Positions 49,455 to 59,899 of a stretch of DNA of 64,000 bases are shown here, piece by piece; the stretch's first letter is position 1; each line of letters starts with the position of its first letter. Source of the stretch: Squalus acanthias (lineage: Eukaryota). The position numbers and the translations under genes were made by a program. Below the pieces are notes generated by a model. The model searched no databases, was not told the DNA's origin, and saw only the letters and a program-made list of their open reading frames with translations. The DNA lies in NCBI GenBank assembly GCA_030390025.1, contig CM059432.1, positions 17,734,001 through 17,798,000 on the forward strand, read 5' to 3'.

Positions 49455-50215
49455 TTGATACGGCTGTTAAAAAGGCTTACACGATCCTTGGCTTTATAAA
49501 TAGAGGCATAGAGTACAAAAGCAAGGAAGTTATGCCAAAGTTTATAAATCACTGGTTAGGCCTCAGCTGGAGTACTGTGTCCAATTCTGGGCACCACACA
49601 AGGATGTCAAAGCATTGGAACGGGTGCAGAGGAGATTTACTAGAATGGTACCAGGGATGAAGGACTTCAATTATGTGGAGATGACTAGAGAAGCTGGGAT
49701 TGTTCTCCTTCGAGCAGAGAAGGTTAAGGGAAGATTTAATAGAGGTGTTCAAAATCATGATGGGTCTTGACAGAGTAAAGAGGAGGAAACAGTTTCCACT
49801 GGCAGTAGGGTCGGTAACCAGAGGACATAGATTTAAGGAATTGGCAAAAGAGAATTTTTTTTCCCCCCAGGATCTGGAATGCCTTGCATTTAGGTGGTCA
49901 CCTGTCCTAATATCTCCTTATGTGGCTCGGTGTCAAATTCTGATTGATAGCGTCCCCGCGAAGCGCCTTGAGACGTTTTGCTACGTTAAAGGCGCTATAT
50001 AAATGCAAGTTGTTGTTGTTGCTGGTGTGTAGTGGAAGCAGATTCAATAGTAACTTTCAAAAGAGAATTGGATAAATACTTGAAGGGGAAAAAAAAAATG
50101 ACAGGGCTGTGGGGAAAGAGCCGGGGAGTGGGACTAATTGGACAGCTCTTTCAAAGAGCCCGGCACAGGCACGATGGGCCGAATGGCCTCCTCCTGTGCT
50201 GTAGGATTCTATGAT
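49455..50215 (+). mobile_element. CR1 3' fragment with an inserted L2 tail (~49890-50025)
   Basis: CR1 C-terminal motifs; ggcgctatataaatgcaag(ttg)n. Confidence 0.8.
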
Positions 50216-50596
50216 AGAAAGAATATACTACGTGACTAGGGAACATCAACTTTATTCCCTTTGTGAGGAATACTTGTGCAATGTAATGTAATGCATTGCA
50301 CTTCATCAGCAGGGCTGGAATTGAATCCAGGTCCCAGAGGTGAAAATGCCTGTATCTAACCCACTCCCCCATTTCCCTTTGTTCTTTGCCAACTATATAA
50401 CAAGATGGATGTTCCATAATGACCTATTGTATAATTTTTTTTTTACCTGGAGCAATAAACCCAGAACTAGAAGTAACTGTTTGTGGCATAATGTCACAAA
50501 CTCTCCCAGCCAGAATATGAATGTGTATAAAATAGAGTCAGAAACACATTGTTCTCTGTCTATGTATGCTTTGTATCTGATTTGTATTCCCTCACT

Positions 50597-50633
50597 TTAC
50601 CTGACGAAGGAGCAGCGCTCCGAAAGCTCGTGA
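50597..50633 (+). ncRNA. Minimal hammerhead motif in a short PLE insert (50538-50685; 12-bp TSD TATAAAATAGAG)
   Basis: TTAC-CTGACGA-A-GGAGC(AGC)GCTCC-GAAA-GC-TC-GTGA. Confidence 0.68.
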
Positions 50634-51131
50634 TTTCAAATAAAACTGTTGGACTATAACCTGGTGTTGTGCGACTTCTCATTTTTATAAAATAGAGGGA
50701 AGGGCACACAGTTGATTAGCTGGCTGTCCTTTCACCTCTAATGGGATCTATTCTGAATCCAATCCAGAATGAGGGAAGTCCTCTCTCTCGGCTGGCTGCA
50801 AGGGTCTTGTGTGAAATATGCAGCTTCAACCCATTTCCTCGTGGGCGTGAGCCCATAGCACAAAACTGCTCCTAATTTGGTACTAAATTAATGATGTCAT
50901 TCAAAGGCAATAATGGTGGCTTGTGTATTATATAGAAATAGGTGCGGTAAGGGTAAGGGTAAGTAGAGAGAGGTTTACTCTGCCGCCGCTTGTGCTAATC
51001 CTGACCGTGGAAATGTTCGTACCGCTTGGTGTTCTGGTGCTAGCATTAAAATTCCTCGCTTTGCTAAGCACAAAATTTTATCCCATCAACAAAAAGAAAG
51101 AAAAAAGGGAGATAAGAGGAATCCTGGCTGT

Positions 51132-51270
51132 ACACAATACCTTATATGGCAGTGATGTCTCATCTACGTCATAATCGGTGCCGAACACATCATGTCGCCA
51201 ATCCCTTACAAGGCAGTGAAAGCTCACAAAAATCTAACACATCATAATAGACGCCTCATATATTATAAGC
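51132..51270 (+). promoter_or_regulatory. Protamine Z1 promoter: CArG box CCTTATATGG (51140-51149), CRE half-site CGTCA (51167-51171), CArG-like CCTTACAAGG (51204-51213), TATA-like TATAAG (51264-51269)
   Basis: Motifs read directly; colinear with the Z2 promoter. Confidence 0.7.
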
Positions 51271-51350
51271 TGTGAAAGATATTAAAACATCAAAAAAAAG
51301 ACAAAATACTGGGATTCAAGAAGCAAAAGAAAGCTGAAAAGGACACAATA

Positions 51351-51506
51351 ATGCAGTGCGGTAAGCCAAAAAAGAAACCAGAAGCTTGTTTTTTACGAAG
51401 GCGGCACTTGCGACGCCTCCATATATGCAAAAGGGACAGATCTAAAACTTATCGAAGGAGACGCCACATTAGAAGATTGCCAAAAAGACGAAGAAGAAGA
51501 TGTTAA
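51351..51506 (+). CDS. Sperm protamine Z1-like (scylliorhinine Z1 type), 51 aa, intronless: [51 protein letters not shown]
   Basis: Translated by hand: 18 Arg, 7 Lys, 4 Cys. Closely resembles the recalled dogfish Z1 (..KPKKK...[39 protein letters not shown]). Upstream TATA; AATAAA at 51638 and 51654. Confidence 0.92.
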   Translation: MQCGKPKKKPEACFLRRRHLRRLHICKRDRSKTYRRRRHIRRLPKRRRRRC

Positions 51507-51637
51507 AAGTTGACTATGCCAGATTCATCCAGCCAACTAGTAACATTCTTAATGAATTTTGTGAAGAAAAATTCACTTCGTGAAGAGATCCTCTCTGAAA
51601 TCAATGCTGTCGCTGCTTTATATACTGCGGCAATTTG

Positions 51638-51659
51638 AATAAACTTCAAATCAAATAAA
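51638..51659 (+). terminator. Tandem poly(A) signals (AATAAA x2) of the protamine Z1-like gene
   Basis: AATAAA at 51638-51643 and 51654-51659, about 130 nt after the stop, followed by GT/T-rich sequence. Confidence 0.7.
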
Positions 51660-52719
51660 CATTGTGTACCTTGTTTTCAATTAAGTGTCCTGTTGATCCT
51701 CATTTACTGATCTATGATGTAACCATTTATAATCGCCTTTCTTGTAACTTTTTTACTCTTTTACTGTCTCTTTAATACTATGGGCTTCCTTGGGGCAATG
51801 CGGAGCCAATACAAAGTGGTCCACCAGATTCAGCTCCTGAGGTGGCAGATCTCAACTGGGACATCAAAATCAGTAGCTTCTGAATCGAGAATGGGGAAGA
51901 ATAGCCAAAGCTCCTGCTCCTGAATGCTATCCAATGACCTTCACTGGGAAAGTGCACTTGGGGGGATTTTAGAGCTCAGCTGCGACGCCACTGACATGTA
52001 ATGGTGCGCTGCTGTTCAATCCTGGCCTAAGTTGTCTGGCTCCGGTGGATCTGCAGAGGATGGGGCCAAGACCATGCTTTCAACCCCCCGCACCTTTGGC
52101 AGAAAATATATGTTCACCCACTCGTAAATGGGGAAACGCGGTCTCCAAGTTTTCCGTAATTAAGCCTAATCGAGCGCTGGGTGCAAGGACCCGCCTGCCC
52201 TGGGGGTTTAACAGAAGAGCCTGTGCAAATGGTCTCAGAGCGCAGCCGTACGCAGACCCCATCAACAAGGGGAATTTTATTTATGTTTGACTGGAATGAA
52301 AGCTACTCTTCTGACTCCGGCAGTCCTGTGTGCATTGACTGCAGCTGAGACCATTCAGTTCTGTAATGAATCCTATTGGGGTGAAATCACAACATGCAAT
52401 ATTTTATGTCTATATTAAATTCCTGAAGAAGTTATGTCGAGATACAAAGGAGCAACAGATACAAATGATCGTGTATCCGAAGCACATCCCCAGCATAGAC
52501 GCTATCATTCCTCTAAATGTTAAATCCGGTGACGTAAAGGATGAGCTCCCCACCACCCACCCAAAAAAAATGTTGTTCGTGTTAATTGGACCTTATTCTT
52601 GATACTTACATTTGGAGTTTGTCCAGATATACAAAGAGAAAAGAGAGGAAAACCCAACAAGTAGACTTCCAATATCGGGCTGCTGTGTCGCCGGCAGCAG
52701 TGCCTCGGGTAAATCTTAA

Positions 52720-53235
52720 AGGGGTAGGGAAGACGACCGGGATAGGGGGGCGACCGGGAGAGGGGGGCGACCGGGAGAGTGGGCAACCGGGAGAGAGGGG
52801 CAATTGGCAGAGGGGGGTGATTGGGAAAGGGGGCGATTAGGAGAGGGAGCGATCAGGGGAGGGGGATCGGGAGAGGGAGCGATCGGGGGAGAGAGCCGAT
52901 CGGAAGTGGGAGATTGGGGGGGGGAGACGGGGAGAGGGGGGCGATTGGGAGGGGGAGATTGGTAGAGGGGAGCGATCGGGTGAGGGGGAAATCGGGAGAG
53001 GACGGATCGGGAGAAGGGGGCAATCGTGAGAGGGGGATCGGGGGAGATCGGGAAAGGGGCATTGAGAGGGACGTTCGGGAGAGGTGGGGATCGGGGGAGG
53101 GTGCAATCAGGAGTGGGAGCGATCGGGAGGGGTTGGCGACGTGATTGGAGGGTCGAGATCGCAATTGGAGGTGTCAAGCTCCCAATCAGGGCAGGGATGT
53201 GGCGATCAGGGGTGGGTGCTTCGATCGAGGTGGGA
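52720..53235 (+). repeat. Purine/G-rich low-complexity repeat ((c)gatcgggrg units), probably the interior of a non-autonomous DNA transposon
   Basis: Dozens of G3-G7 runs spaced by gatc/gatt; source of the Pro-rich and Gly-rich ORFs. Confidence 0.8.
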
Positions 53236-53344
53236 GATCAGAAATCTATCTAATTTCTAGAAGGCATTTACAGAGTTCCTCATGAAAGGCTATTAGTTAA
53301 CCTCAAAGCTGTGGAGATTCAGGGAAATTCTTATGTAAAGATAT

Positions 53345-55363
53345 GGGGTGAAATACTATAACGCTGGAAAATGGGCAGGAGCACAGTAAAGTGAGATATG
53401 CCTGTACACAGTCAAAAAGCGCAGGCTGACGTCAACTTCGTGCTGTCTACTAATTACCATAATTGTAGTGCAAAACGGAACGCGCTCCTGACAGGCTGTG
53501 TGCTCAGCAGGGGGCCGAAGTTCACGTCGCTGAAGCAAGACAAACTTTACTTAAAGCTAGCCTACTCCTCCACAAGGCAGTCTGCAGCTCTTAAAGGTGA
53601 GCTGCCTTCTGCTGATCAAAAATGCCAAAAGTGCTTCAGCACTAACACAAATGGCTCAACAGGCCAGGGAAACGACACCCAGGGTCTCGGACGCAGCACT
53701 TGAGCTTTGTGCAGGGGGTTAATACTGGAAGAGAGGTCCTCTACCCACAGGGGCCTCCAGAAAGAAGGATGTGGGACCAGATCGCCGAGGCAATGCCGCC
53801 TGGGACCCCAGGACCTGGCTCTAGAGCCCAAAGAAGTTTCATGACCTCAAACGAGTGGTCAAGGTCAGTGAATACATCTTCAAAAGCCATCTCCTACCAA
53901 CTACATCACTAGCCTCACACACTGCTCAATGCATGACCACCCCACCCCCACCCCCGCCCCCCATCACTCACATACCAACAATCTCTACCAAACACAAGGC
54001 ACACCTCACATTCCTAGCTTCACCTGTTGGAGGAGACAGTGCTGGCAATTCTTGGCAGGGGCATGGCTGAGCCCTTGGCTAACGGCGGGGCTGAAAGAAT
54101 ACAAGATGCCAGTATCCTCATACATTATCCTCCTTCTCACATCCCACTTCACCCGCATCCCAGAATCTCTTCTGATTTACAAGCTGCACATGGTGTAAGC
54201 ATGCACCTCTTGCTTTCCCCTCCTCACCTCATCACATTTCTTCTTCATTTCAGACACCCAAGAAATCCAGCCTGCCAGCCAATGCTTGACCCAGAAGAGG
54301 GGGAGGAGAGTGACGAAAAAGAAGAAACATCATCACTCAATTTCACACTCCCAGCCACCAGCTCCTCCACTGAAAGTCAGCAGCCTTCCACCAGCCATGC
54401 TGCAGCCATTGGGGTAGCACTGTGTAACAGCACTAGGATAGGCAGGACAGTCACTAAGGGAATGCACAAGGGTGATTAGTTGATTTTTTGATGTAATATT
54501 GGATGCATATATGGATAAAGTTGGATTGGAAAGTTTGCTTTGTGCTTGCTTTTATTTCAGCATTGTGGCCAAGAGGACGCTGTGATGGTCAGTAACAGAG
54601 GGAAAGGAAGTTGTGGGACAGATGTTGAAAGGGAATTGGGGTTGTGTTCACTGGTACCGCAGGCGGAGGATTCGATCCCAGATATCCCGGCCAGAAAGGG
54701 GCTGTCTGGGTTGCCTCCTTCCTTCCGCTTCCTCTCTTCCGCTTCCTCCTCCCTCTGCTTCTCCTCCCTCTGCGAGCAGTTTGTCCCCTTTGCTGCCTCT
54801 CCTCTATCTCCATGTGATGCTGCAGCCCAAGAGGGACTGCAGCTAGAGTCCCCGGGACTGGGAACAAGTGGTCTTCTTAGAGGCCTTCATTTAACAACCA
54901 AAGCTTTACAAACACCCAACAGCACTCCCTGCACACTTTAACAACTTTTTAAATGTATTGCACCAAGCCACAACTCCAATAAAATGTAAGGAAGCCTGTC
55001 CAAAAGCAAAAAACTACACTTAGCTGAAAGTTGTGTGTGTCCCTTTAAGAAGCGCTGGTAGTGGCTCCGTTGTACTGCTGCACGCACGTTCTTCCGTGCA
55101 TGGTTTGGAGAGGGCGTTATTAGCAGTGGCGACATCCAAAATCAGAGATCGTGCGTCAGTTCACACGTTGCACGCTGAGTGATGTCACGATCTGGATCAT
55201 TTAAATACGGGAAGCGAGAGCTGGCAGCAGCAGTGCTGCCAACCTGCCGCAAAATGGCGGCCGCCGCGTTCCGCACTGGAAGCCAGCAGAAGCGAGGCAG
55301 CCGCCATTTTTTTCCACCAAACCGGCCTTAACAGCCGACGTTAAAAGGCTCCAAATTCGCGGC
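53345..55363. mobile_element. Degenerate Harbinger-type element (Myb/SANT-like ORF remnant on plus, acidic transposase-tail-like remnant on minus)
   Basis: Ends ggggtgaaat / aaattcgcggcc; RRMWDQIAEAM Myb-like remnant. Confidence 0.5.
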
Positions 55364-56291
55364 CAACGTATCAAAATATTCCAGCTGGAAGGTGAGGGGA
55401 AAAAATCTAACCAATGGGGCTCGCCGTGAGATGGCCCACTCCAGCAAACTCTGGGCCAATAGGGAACTGGGTAGAACAATGGCCGATAAAGTTTAATAAC
55501 GACAGATGTAAACTGCTACTCATTGGAAGGAAACACATGTAACTTTGTGAATTGACTTCAAATAGCTTGGGATGAAGTTGAGAAAAAAGCCAGGGGGTCT
55601 AAGCAAACGCGGCGCTCACATTTTCCAACCAATGCAGACCAGCAAAGCTGACAATGTTGAACCAATGGAATACAATTTAGAGAAAGTCAATGATCAAACA
55701 ATGGGGAGAGAGCGGGAATATGGTATTGAGATAGAGGATCAGCCATGATCATATTGAATGGCGGAGCAGGCTCGAAGGGCCGACTGGCCTGCTCCTGCTC
55801 CTATTTTTCTATGTTTCTATGTTTCTAACTGTACAGTGGTCTGGACAGACCATACCTTGAGCACTATATCTGGCCACTGGGGACAGAGGGGAGCTACTCA
55901 AACACTCGAGGCAGCACAGAGGAGAGCCACAAAGGCTGAAGGCCGGGCTTAAAAGGTCTGTTATGAAGAAAGACTGGCTTTTCATCCCGAGAGGTAATCT
56001 TTTAGAGCGGACAAGACTGTTAATGGTATGGTAAAGGTAAATCCAGTTTTAATTAAACAGTGAGAACAGACTCAGTTGCCTGCCTGCACATTGATAGGTG
56101 TCAGGTGATCAGACATCACGTGATCAGACCTTCAGGAATGCCTCCAACCAGATTTGGCAACTCTATGACACATAAACTTGATTGTACTCAACAATCCACT
56201 GGTGAGAAGTATATATACGAAGCGTAAATATGCTTTTGTGAGTTTTAACCCCATTGTGTAGGCCTGGAGGATAAACTATAGTAGCTTTATA

Positions 56292-56445
56292 CAACAATAC
56301 CTTATAAGGCAATGATACTCGCTCGCATCACAATCAACACTGAGCGCCTCATGTTTAATGTCAAATATGGACCTTACAAGGCCGTGGAAAACTGCAAAAT
56401 CACGGCGACATCACAGTAGGCCAGACCTATGAAAAAACTATAAAA
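56292..56445 (+). promoter_or_regulatory. Protamine Z2 promoter: CArG box CCTTATAAGG (56300-56309), CArG-like CCTTACAAGG (56372-56381), CRE-like CGACATCA (~56406), TATAAAA (56439-56445)
   Basis: Motifs read directly; colinear with the Z1 promoter. Confidence 0.72.
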
Positions 56446-56495
56446 CTGGAAATTGCAACATTTAGAAAAGAAAGTCAGTGGTTAAACTCTGAACC

Positions 56496-56639
56496 ATGAA
56501 GAGGTGTGGGCGCAAGCGCAGGCGCAGGCGCAGAAATGCGTGCAAGCCGAAGAAGCGGCCGTGCAAGCAAAGATCGAGTACTATTGTCAGAGCCCATCTT
56601 GTTCATCGCAGAAGAGCTGCAAGACGTTGCGCTCATTAA
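56496..56639 (+). CDS. Sperm protamine Z2-like (scylliorhinine Z2 type), 47 aa, intronless: MKRCGRKRRRRRRNACKPKKRPCKQRSSTIVRAHLVHRRRAARRCAH
   Basis: Translated by hand: 16 Arg, 6 Lys, 4 Cys. Closely resembles the recalled dogfish Z2 (MKCGRKRRRRRRHACKRKKRACKQRSSTIVRAHLVHRR..ARRCP). Kozak accATG, TATAAAA at 56439, AATAAA at 56796. Confidence 0.93.
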   Translation: MKRCGRKRRRRRRNACKPKKRPCKQRSSTIVRAHLVHRRRAARRCAH

Positions 56640-56795
56640 GAAGCTACAATAGACCAAAGAAGAAATAGTGAGAACCATGTTTGAGCTGAGCTAACGAGTG
56701 CTCTGAAAATGTGCACGAGGCCGACTTGTACTTGAAGGGAACTATATTTGAATGCAACTTCGCTACTTCACACCCATGTTCACTGATTCAAATTG

Positions 56796-56801
56796 AATAA
56801 A
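56796..56801 (+). terminator. Poly(A) signal of the protamine Z2-like gene
   Basis: AATAAA about 157 nt after the stop; context caaattgAATAAA resembles Z1 caatttgAATAAA. Confidence 0.7.
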
Positions 56802-57834
56802 ACGCCTACAAGTACTTGAGACTTGAAAGAACTAAAATATTGTGTATGGCTCAAGTTTTTCTTCAGGTGTAAGGTTTAACTATAAATTTTTGTTTCCATC
56901 TTGACTGTGCAAGCTGATCAAGCAAGAATGCTGCGGCCACTGGAAAAGCACACTGGTCTTTTGAGTAACCAAGGGTTATTCAACAGCCCCCCCTCTGAAC
57001 AGGCACCCCTGACAATACCGTACTCCCTCAGTACTGCACTAGGGTGGCAGCCGAGTTTATTATGATGAGGGGCAGAAGTGCTACTGGCTGATTGTACACC
57101 ATCAGCGCCACTTAGATTGTTGCCTCATAATTGTTGCTATCACCTTGCAACGCTAAATAGTTGAGAGTAGGACAAGTAGATACAAATTCAAACTGGTAAA
57201 AAGGCAAATTAAAACTGATGTCAAGAAGTTCTTCAGACAAATAGTGATCAATATATGGATGGACTTCTAGTTTGCAAAGGTGAAATGAATTTAAATGGGC
57301 CAAATGACCTATCCTAGACCCATCATGTTGAAAGGGGTTATGGAGACTTACCTTACTAAACTAAACTAACTCAAAAGAATAGGGAAGGCCATTCGGCCCA
57401 TCTTAATTAAACCATTAAGACCCTACAGTTCCACCCATTGCAGCATCCAGCGTTTTTACCTCCACTACTTTATCTGGGAGTCCATTCCGTGCATTGATCA
57501 CTCTTTGTGTGAAGAATCTACAGATACTAGCCCTAAATTTACCTTTTCCCAGTTTGAACCTTGTCCTTCTCTCCCAGTTTAAAGTAATATTCTGGATTTA
57601 CATTTTCCATTCCCTTAACTATCTTATATACCTCGAGAAGGTCATCTCGCAGATGCCTTCTTTCCAGGATGCAAAGCCAACTTTCTCCAGTCTTTCCTTG
57701 TAACTCAGATTACATTAGCAATCAGACTCTTGGTCCTTCTCTGCACCGCTTCCAGTGTATGAATTTCTCTATTTCTGGCAAGCAGAACTGGTTTCAGTAT
57801 GTAAGTTGTGGTCTGACCAGAGCACTGGTCTCAG

Positions 57835-58852
57835 TCAGCCTTGGCTCAGTGGTAGCGCTCTCACCCTGAGTCCAAAGGTTGTGGGTTCAAGTCCCCCATA
57901 CAGCAGACCTGAACACATAATCTAGGCTGACACTTTTCAGCGCAGTACTGAGGGAGTGCTGCTCTGTCGGAGGTGCCGTCTTTTGGATGTGACATTAAAC
58001 CGAGGCCCCCGTCAGCCCTGACAGATGGACGTAGAAGATCCCATGACACTATTCAAGCGCAACCTCAAGCTACATAATATCAACGTTAATACAAAAGAGT
58101 ATGCTGGAAATCTGAAATAAAAACAGAAAATGCTGGAAATACTCAGCAGGTCAGGCAGCATCTGTGGAGAGATAGAGTTAACGTTTGAGGTCGATGACCT
58201 TTCAGGTAATAGAATGTTATCATTTATTGCGAGGGGAATTGAATACAAAAGTAGGGAGGTTATGCTTCAGTTGTACAGGGCATTGGTGAGACCACATCTG
58301 GCGTACTGTGTACAGCATTGGTCTCCTTATTTAAGGAAGGATGTAAATGCGTTGGAGGCAGTTCAGAGAAGGTTCACCAGACTAATACCTGGAATGGGCG
58401 GGTTGTCTTATGAGGAAAGGTTAGACAGGCTAGGCTTGTATCCGCTGGAGTTTAGAAGAATAAGAGGTGACTTGATTGAAACATATAAGATCCTGAGGGG
58501 TCTGGACAGGGTGGATGTGGAGAGGATGTTTCCTTTTGTGGGAGAATCTAGAACTAGGGGTCACTGTTTAAAAATAAGGGGTCGCCCATTTAAGACAGAG
58601 ATGAGGAGAAATTTTTTCTCACAGAGGGTCGTGAGTCTTTGGAGCTCTCTTCCTCAGAGGGCGGTGGAAGCAGAGTTTTGAATATTTTTAAGGCAGAGGT
58701 AGATAGATTCTTGGTAAGCAAGGGGGTGAAAAGTTATCGGGGGTAGGTGGGAATGTGGAGTAATCAGATCAGCCATGATCTTATTGAATGGTGGAGCAGG
58801 CTCGAGGGGCCTAGTGGCCGACTCCTGCTCCTAATTCGTATGTTCGTATGTT
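57835..58852 (+). mobile_element. Cluster of DeuSINE 5' part (57835-58055), short PLE fragment (~58100-58204, minus) and CR1 3' end (58205-58852)
   Basis: SINE head; gctggaaatactcagcaggtcaggcagcatc; ORF 58130-58681 CR1 C-terminus. Confidence 0.82.
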
Positions 58853-59899
58853 CTGTTTTTATGTAATATCACCGTTGAGAAAGTCGCATCGCTGACTGAA
58901 CGAGCTGGCGAGCTGTGATGTCTGACAGTGTGTTGATCTCCTGAAGCAGGTGACAGCAGCACAACAATGAGCAGCAGCTTGTCGATCACAGTCTGTGAAA
59001 CGTGCGAGAGAGCTTGCCTCCTCACTCGAGCCGGTACAGTCATAAAGACTGATTCACTTTTCCACACAATGGTCATCATCTTTGACAAGGAGTTGCCAGT
59101 TTGCAATTTTTTTGATCTAGTATCTATCTATCCGCTGCTGAAATAATAAGAAGTTATTCACAAGCAGAACTCAGCAACTTCACCTCTGCAAATGAGCCTA
59201 AATACAATGCGGATCGGTTTTTAATGACATTGAATTAAATATGCTAGCAAAGGAATGCAAAAAAGGTCAAAGGTTGCAATTTGTTAACAATAACATATGT
59301 CAAAAGTCACACGCAGCATCATGTCTGGGACGACATGGTCTCTCCTGGAGTTGTCCATCATTTCCAGCCTGGAAAAACATAGAAACATAGAAAAATTGGA
59401 GCAGGAGTAGGCCATTCGGCCCTTCGAGCCTGCTCCGCCATTCAATATGATCATGGCTGATCCTCTATCTCAATACCATGTTCCCGCTCTCTCCCCATAC
59501 CCCTTGATGCCCCATGTGTCTAAATCAACAGCTCCAAGTTCTGCGCAAAGCCTTGGCCAATATTGGAGCCAGACTCCTCCATGCTCCTTGACATTGCCAA
59601 GAGACAGTGCACCCCTAGTGGCTGCAGCAGGCTTACCATTGCACCTAGCAATTCGGTGTGCATGCCCATCACCCTTCTTCTGAAGGCTGCCCTATCGAGG
59701 TCCTCATCTGAGTCATGTGCAGCAGAACTCGCTCGTGAACACGCCCTACGGGGAGCTGGCCCCGAGCTACCCTTTTCCCCTGGCCTTGCTGCAGCCCACT
59801 CGTGCCCGGTACCTCACCTTGTGCAGATCCCACATCTGCATTACCCTCCTACACTCCCCTCCAGTTGGCTCAAGGCCTGTAAGAATTAGCTATCTCAAG

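Noticed and set aside
52434..52523. Small ORF MSRYKGATDTNDRVSEAHPQHRRYHSSKC between Z1 and Z2
   Set aside because: The start resembles a protamine, but the peptide is not Arg-rich and has no CArG module or nearby AATAAA.
52716..53253. Pro-rich and Gly/Arg-rich overlapping ORFs
   Set aside because: Artefacts of the G-rich low-complexity tract.
54589..54867. Arg-rich ORF (RRGRRSRGRRKRKRGSGRK) as protamine Z3
   Set aside because: It is an off-frame reading of a GA-rich acidic tract within a Harbinger-type relic.
56475..56678. 67-aa minus-strand ORF in the track
   Set aside because: It is the antisense shadow of the protamine Z2-like CDS.
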